DNA of 4,319 nucleotides from a virus (Duplodnaviria; Heunggongvirae; Uroviricota; Caudoviricetes): IMG/VR virus record IMGVR_UViG_2706794664_000005; one strand, 5' to 3'. Shown piece by piece: positions 1 to 4,319 of this stretch (position 1 is its first letter; each line of letters starts with the position of its first letter). The notes under the pieces were generated by a model. It saw only the letters and a program-made list of their open reading frames with translations, ran no database searches and was not told where the DNA came from. The position numbers and the translations under genes were made by a program.

Positions 1-3019
<3,019 letters not shown>

Positions 3020-3070
3020 TAAATAATTCAGGGATTATTAACTGTAACCTCATTTCAAAAGGATACATAA

Positions 3071-3235
3071 ATGAAATCTAATGAACGTACTTTCAATAGT
3101 ACCAGTACTAACCCATTCAGTATTAGCGGAAAAGAAACAATTGGAATGAAGAAAAGGATTTACAGGAGTAAGAGCTATGGCACAGGGATTACAATGTTGG
3201 AATGCAGCGGGTGTATTAGTAGTAGATCTGACTGA
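3071..3235 (+). CDS. Questionable small ORF (54 aa, basic, low complexity) in the gap between the J-like gene and the next gene
   Basis: ATG at 3071 is preceded by AAGGA (3059..3063) with a 7-nt spacer; the frame runs to TGA at 3233..3235 and overlaps the start of the 3177 gene by 59 nt in another frame. Translation: MKSNERTFNSTSTNPFSISGKETIGMKKRIYRSKSYGTGITMLECSGCISSRSD. No recognisable motif; the long overlap argues against it. Confidence 0.12.
   Translation: MKSNERTFNSTSTNPFSISGKETIGMKKRIYRSKSYGTGITMLECSGCISSRSD
3164..3168 (+). promoter_or_regulatory. Shine-Dalgarno sequence (AGGAG) for the 3177 gene
   Basis: AGGAG at 3164..3168, 8-nt spacer, ATG at 3177. An in-frame TGA at 3147..3149 means 3177 is the first possible start. 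Confidence 0.6.
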
Positions 3236-3473
3236 TTATAACATACGTTTTATGGGTACTTATACTGTCAAGGCTACTTCTGCACAGACCTATACTGTAT
3301 CAGTACCAAATATGAAAACTACAGGCTGGTTTGTACACTATGCCCCCGCCAGTGATACCTTTAATGAGTGGTCAGCCTTTTGTAATAATGGGTCATTTAC
3401 TGCGGTTTATTTGCCAACATATGCACCGTTAGCTGGTAACTACACTTTTAACGTATATAAGTGGACGGCGTAA
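3177..3473 (+). CDS. Hypothetical phage protein (98 aa), probable tail-associated; paralog of the N-terminal half of the downstream 218-aa protein
   Basis: ATG start with a good SD; ends TAA at 3471..3473. It aligns with the next protein over its length: MAQGLQCWNAAGVLVVDLT vs MAGFEVYNSAGALTIDST, then NIRFMGTYTVKA vs KSIMTGAVKA, TTGWFV vs TTQYWFQ, and AFCNNGSF vs AWCFPGAY. Aromatic/Gly/Thr-rich composition suggests a beta-rich fold; no N-terminal signal peptide is apparent. Confidence 0.75.
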   Translation: MAQGLQCWNAAGVLVVDLTDYNIRFMGTYTVKATSAQTYTVSVPNMKTTGWFVHYAPASDTFNEWSAFCNNGSFTAVYLPTYAPLAGNYTFNVYKWTA

Positions 3474-3474
3474 G

Positions 3475-4131
3475 ATGGCAGGTTTCGAGGTATATAATTC
3501 AGCGGGTGCACTGACTATAGATAGTACTAACAAGTCGATAATGACGGGTGCAGTAAAGGCCATGGGAAATCTAACTGATACGGGATACTACACAGGCTTT
3601 ACCTGTGCCTTCGGTAATGGTGGATCGCTCGGTTTCGTTATGCCATCAGTAGTAGCTAACAGGAACACAACACAGTACTGGTTCCAGATACAGAAAGACG
3701 GGGCATGGTGTTTCCCTGGTGCCTATATGTTCCAGCCTGGCATGGGCAGGTTCATGACAAGTAGTCACACGGCTACCCCCACATCTGGTTTTCTTGATGT
3801 GTTCAGTGAAGAAGGTACTTTAATCTGGTCTGCTGCATCAGCGGCAACAATGCCACGTATCAGGGGATTTTTGACAGCACCTGCGGCTACCGATCTCAGT
3901 ACTGCCATTACGGTAACGTCTCCAGTAGCTGATCCCTGGTTCTGCTGGTCACAATGTCCGGGGAACATATCAGATGATGGTACAGTAATTGGGTACTCTG
4001 GTCTGGTTATCAGGCGTAATTCCAGTACTTCATTCAGTCTACAGTACGTTTCAAAGAACCAGAAAACCTACCGCCAGGCAATGGGGAATAATGGTATCCA
4101 GATAGCATTGGCGACATTTACAGGGTATTAA
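3475..4131 (+). CDS. Hypothetical phage protein (218 aa), probable tail-associated; P98-like N-terminal domain plus C-terminal extension
   Basis: ATG at 3475 lies 1 nt after the upstream stop (TAAGATG), indicating translational coupling; ends TAA at 4129..4131. The N-terminal ~100 aa are homologous to the 98-aa protein. The C-terminal half (from about aa 104, SGFLDVFSEEGTLIWS...PWFCWSQCPG) may be a further degenerate copy of the same module. Contains several Cys and Trp residues. Confidence 0.8.
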   Translation: MAGFEVYNSAGALTIDSTNKSIMTGAVKAMGNLTDTGYYTGFTCAFGNGGSLGFVMPSVVANRNTTQYWFQIQKDGAWCFPGAYMFQPGMGRFMTSSHTATPTSGFLDVFSEEGTLIWSAASAATMPRIRGFLTAPAATDLSTAITVTSPVADPWFCWSQCPGNISDDGTVIGYSGLVIRRNSSTSFSLQYVSKNQKTYRQAMGNNGIQIALATFTGY

Positions 4132-4139
4132 TACAAAAA

Positions 4140-4187
4140 CAATAACAATAACAATAACAATAACAATAACAATAACAATAACAACAA
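4140..4187 (+). repeat. Hexanucleotide tandem repeat (CAATAA)x7 plus one degenerate unit (CAACAA)
   Basis: Seven perfect tandem CAATAA units at 4140..4181 followed by CAACAA at 4182..4187, beginning 9 nt after the stop of the 218-aa gene and preceded by an A-run. Confidence 0.95.
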
Positions 4188-4199
4188 AGGGATTTCAGT

Positions 4200-4283
4200 A
4201 TGGATATCGGTGCTATTTTAGCTCTTGTTATTTCTGGATGCGTGGATTTGCCCCTATATTTCCAGACATCTGTTATCACTTAA
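4200..4283 (+). CDS. Questionable small ORF (27 aa), hydrophobic peptide with a lipobox-like ISGC
   Basis: ATG at 4200 is preceded by AAAGGGA (4186..4192) with a 7-nt spacer; ends TAA at 4281..4283. Translation: MDIGAILALVISGCVDLPLYFQTSVIT. Very short and lacks a positively charged n-region. Competing readings exist: the + frame with codons at 4106.. is open to the window end (ATG at 4238), and a - strand frame is open from the window end to a stop at 4254..4256. Confidence 0.2.
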   Translation: MDIGAILALVISGCVDLPLYFQTSVIT

Positions 4284-4319
4284 CCCATTACAAGCCCGCT
4301 GCCGCAGATATTCCCGTGG

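Noticed and set aside
3020-3070. Sigma70 promoter or intrinsic terminator in the gap after the J-like gene
   Set aside because: No convincing -35/-10 pair with 16-18 nt spacing and no GC-rich stem followed by a T-run could be identified by eye; left uncalled.
3097-3110. Palindrome TAGTAC-CA-GTACTA in the gap, possible operator or hairpin
   Set aside because: AGTACT (Ser-Thr codons) is very frequent throughout this AT-rich sequence, so a chance occurrence is likely; the 2-nt centre is too short for an RNA hairpin loop.
3765-3968. 67-aa - strand ORF inside the 218-aa gene
   Set aside because: Antisense and nested in a CDS supported by paralogy and translational coupling.
3475-4131. Diversity-generating retroelement target (variable region at the 3' end of a tail-fibre-like gene)
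   Set aside because: No reverse transcriptase, no obvious template-repeat copy of any 3' segment and no GC-rich hairpin after a candidate variable region; the protein-level paralogy is better explained by ordinary gene duplication.
4140-4187. CRISPR array
   Set aside because: The unit is only 6 nt, perfectly tandem with no spacers; this is a simple sequence repeat.
4284-4319. GC-richer terminal segment as a tRNA 3' end or prophage attachment site
   Set aside because: Too short to fold into a tRNA within the window, no visible direct repeat partner; cannot be evaluated without flanking sequence.

Overview
This window looks like the distal tail (late structural) region of a lambda-like siphovirus or prophage in an AT-rich host (GC roughly 40% by eye, not computed). 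It holds three supported genes on the + strand: (1) a large tail tip / host specificity gene of the lambda gpJ family that enters from upstream of the window and ends at 3019; (2) a 98-aa gene at 3177..3473; (3) a 218-aa gene at 3475..4131, translationally coupled to (2) and clearly paralogous to it. A perfect hexanucleotide repeat, (CAATAA)x7 plus one degenerate unit, follows at 4140..4187, and the last ~120 nt contain only ambiguous short ORFs with a rise in GC. No RNA genes, CRISPR arrays, integrase or transposase are visible. The most interesting candidate is the pair of small paralogous proteins downstream of the J-like gene, whose family I cannot assign from memory; together with the short distal domain of the J-like protein they may represent a separate receptor-binding or tip-accessory module. 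This is inference, and I see no clear evidence of a defined novel system. All homology statements come from reading the translation and remembered family motifs, not from a database search.
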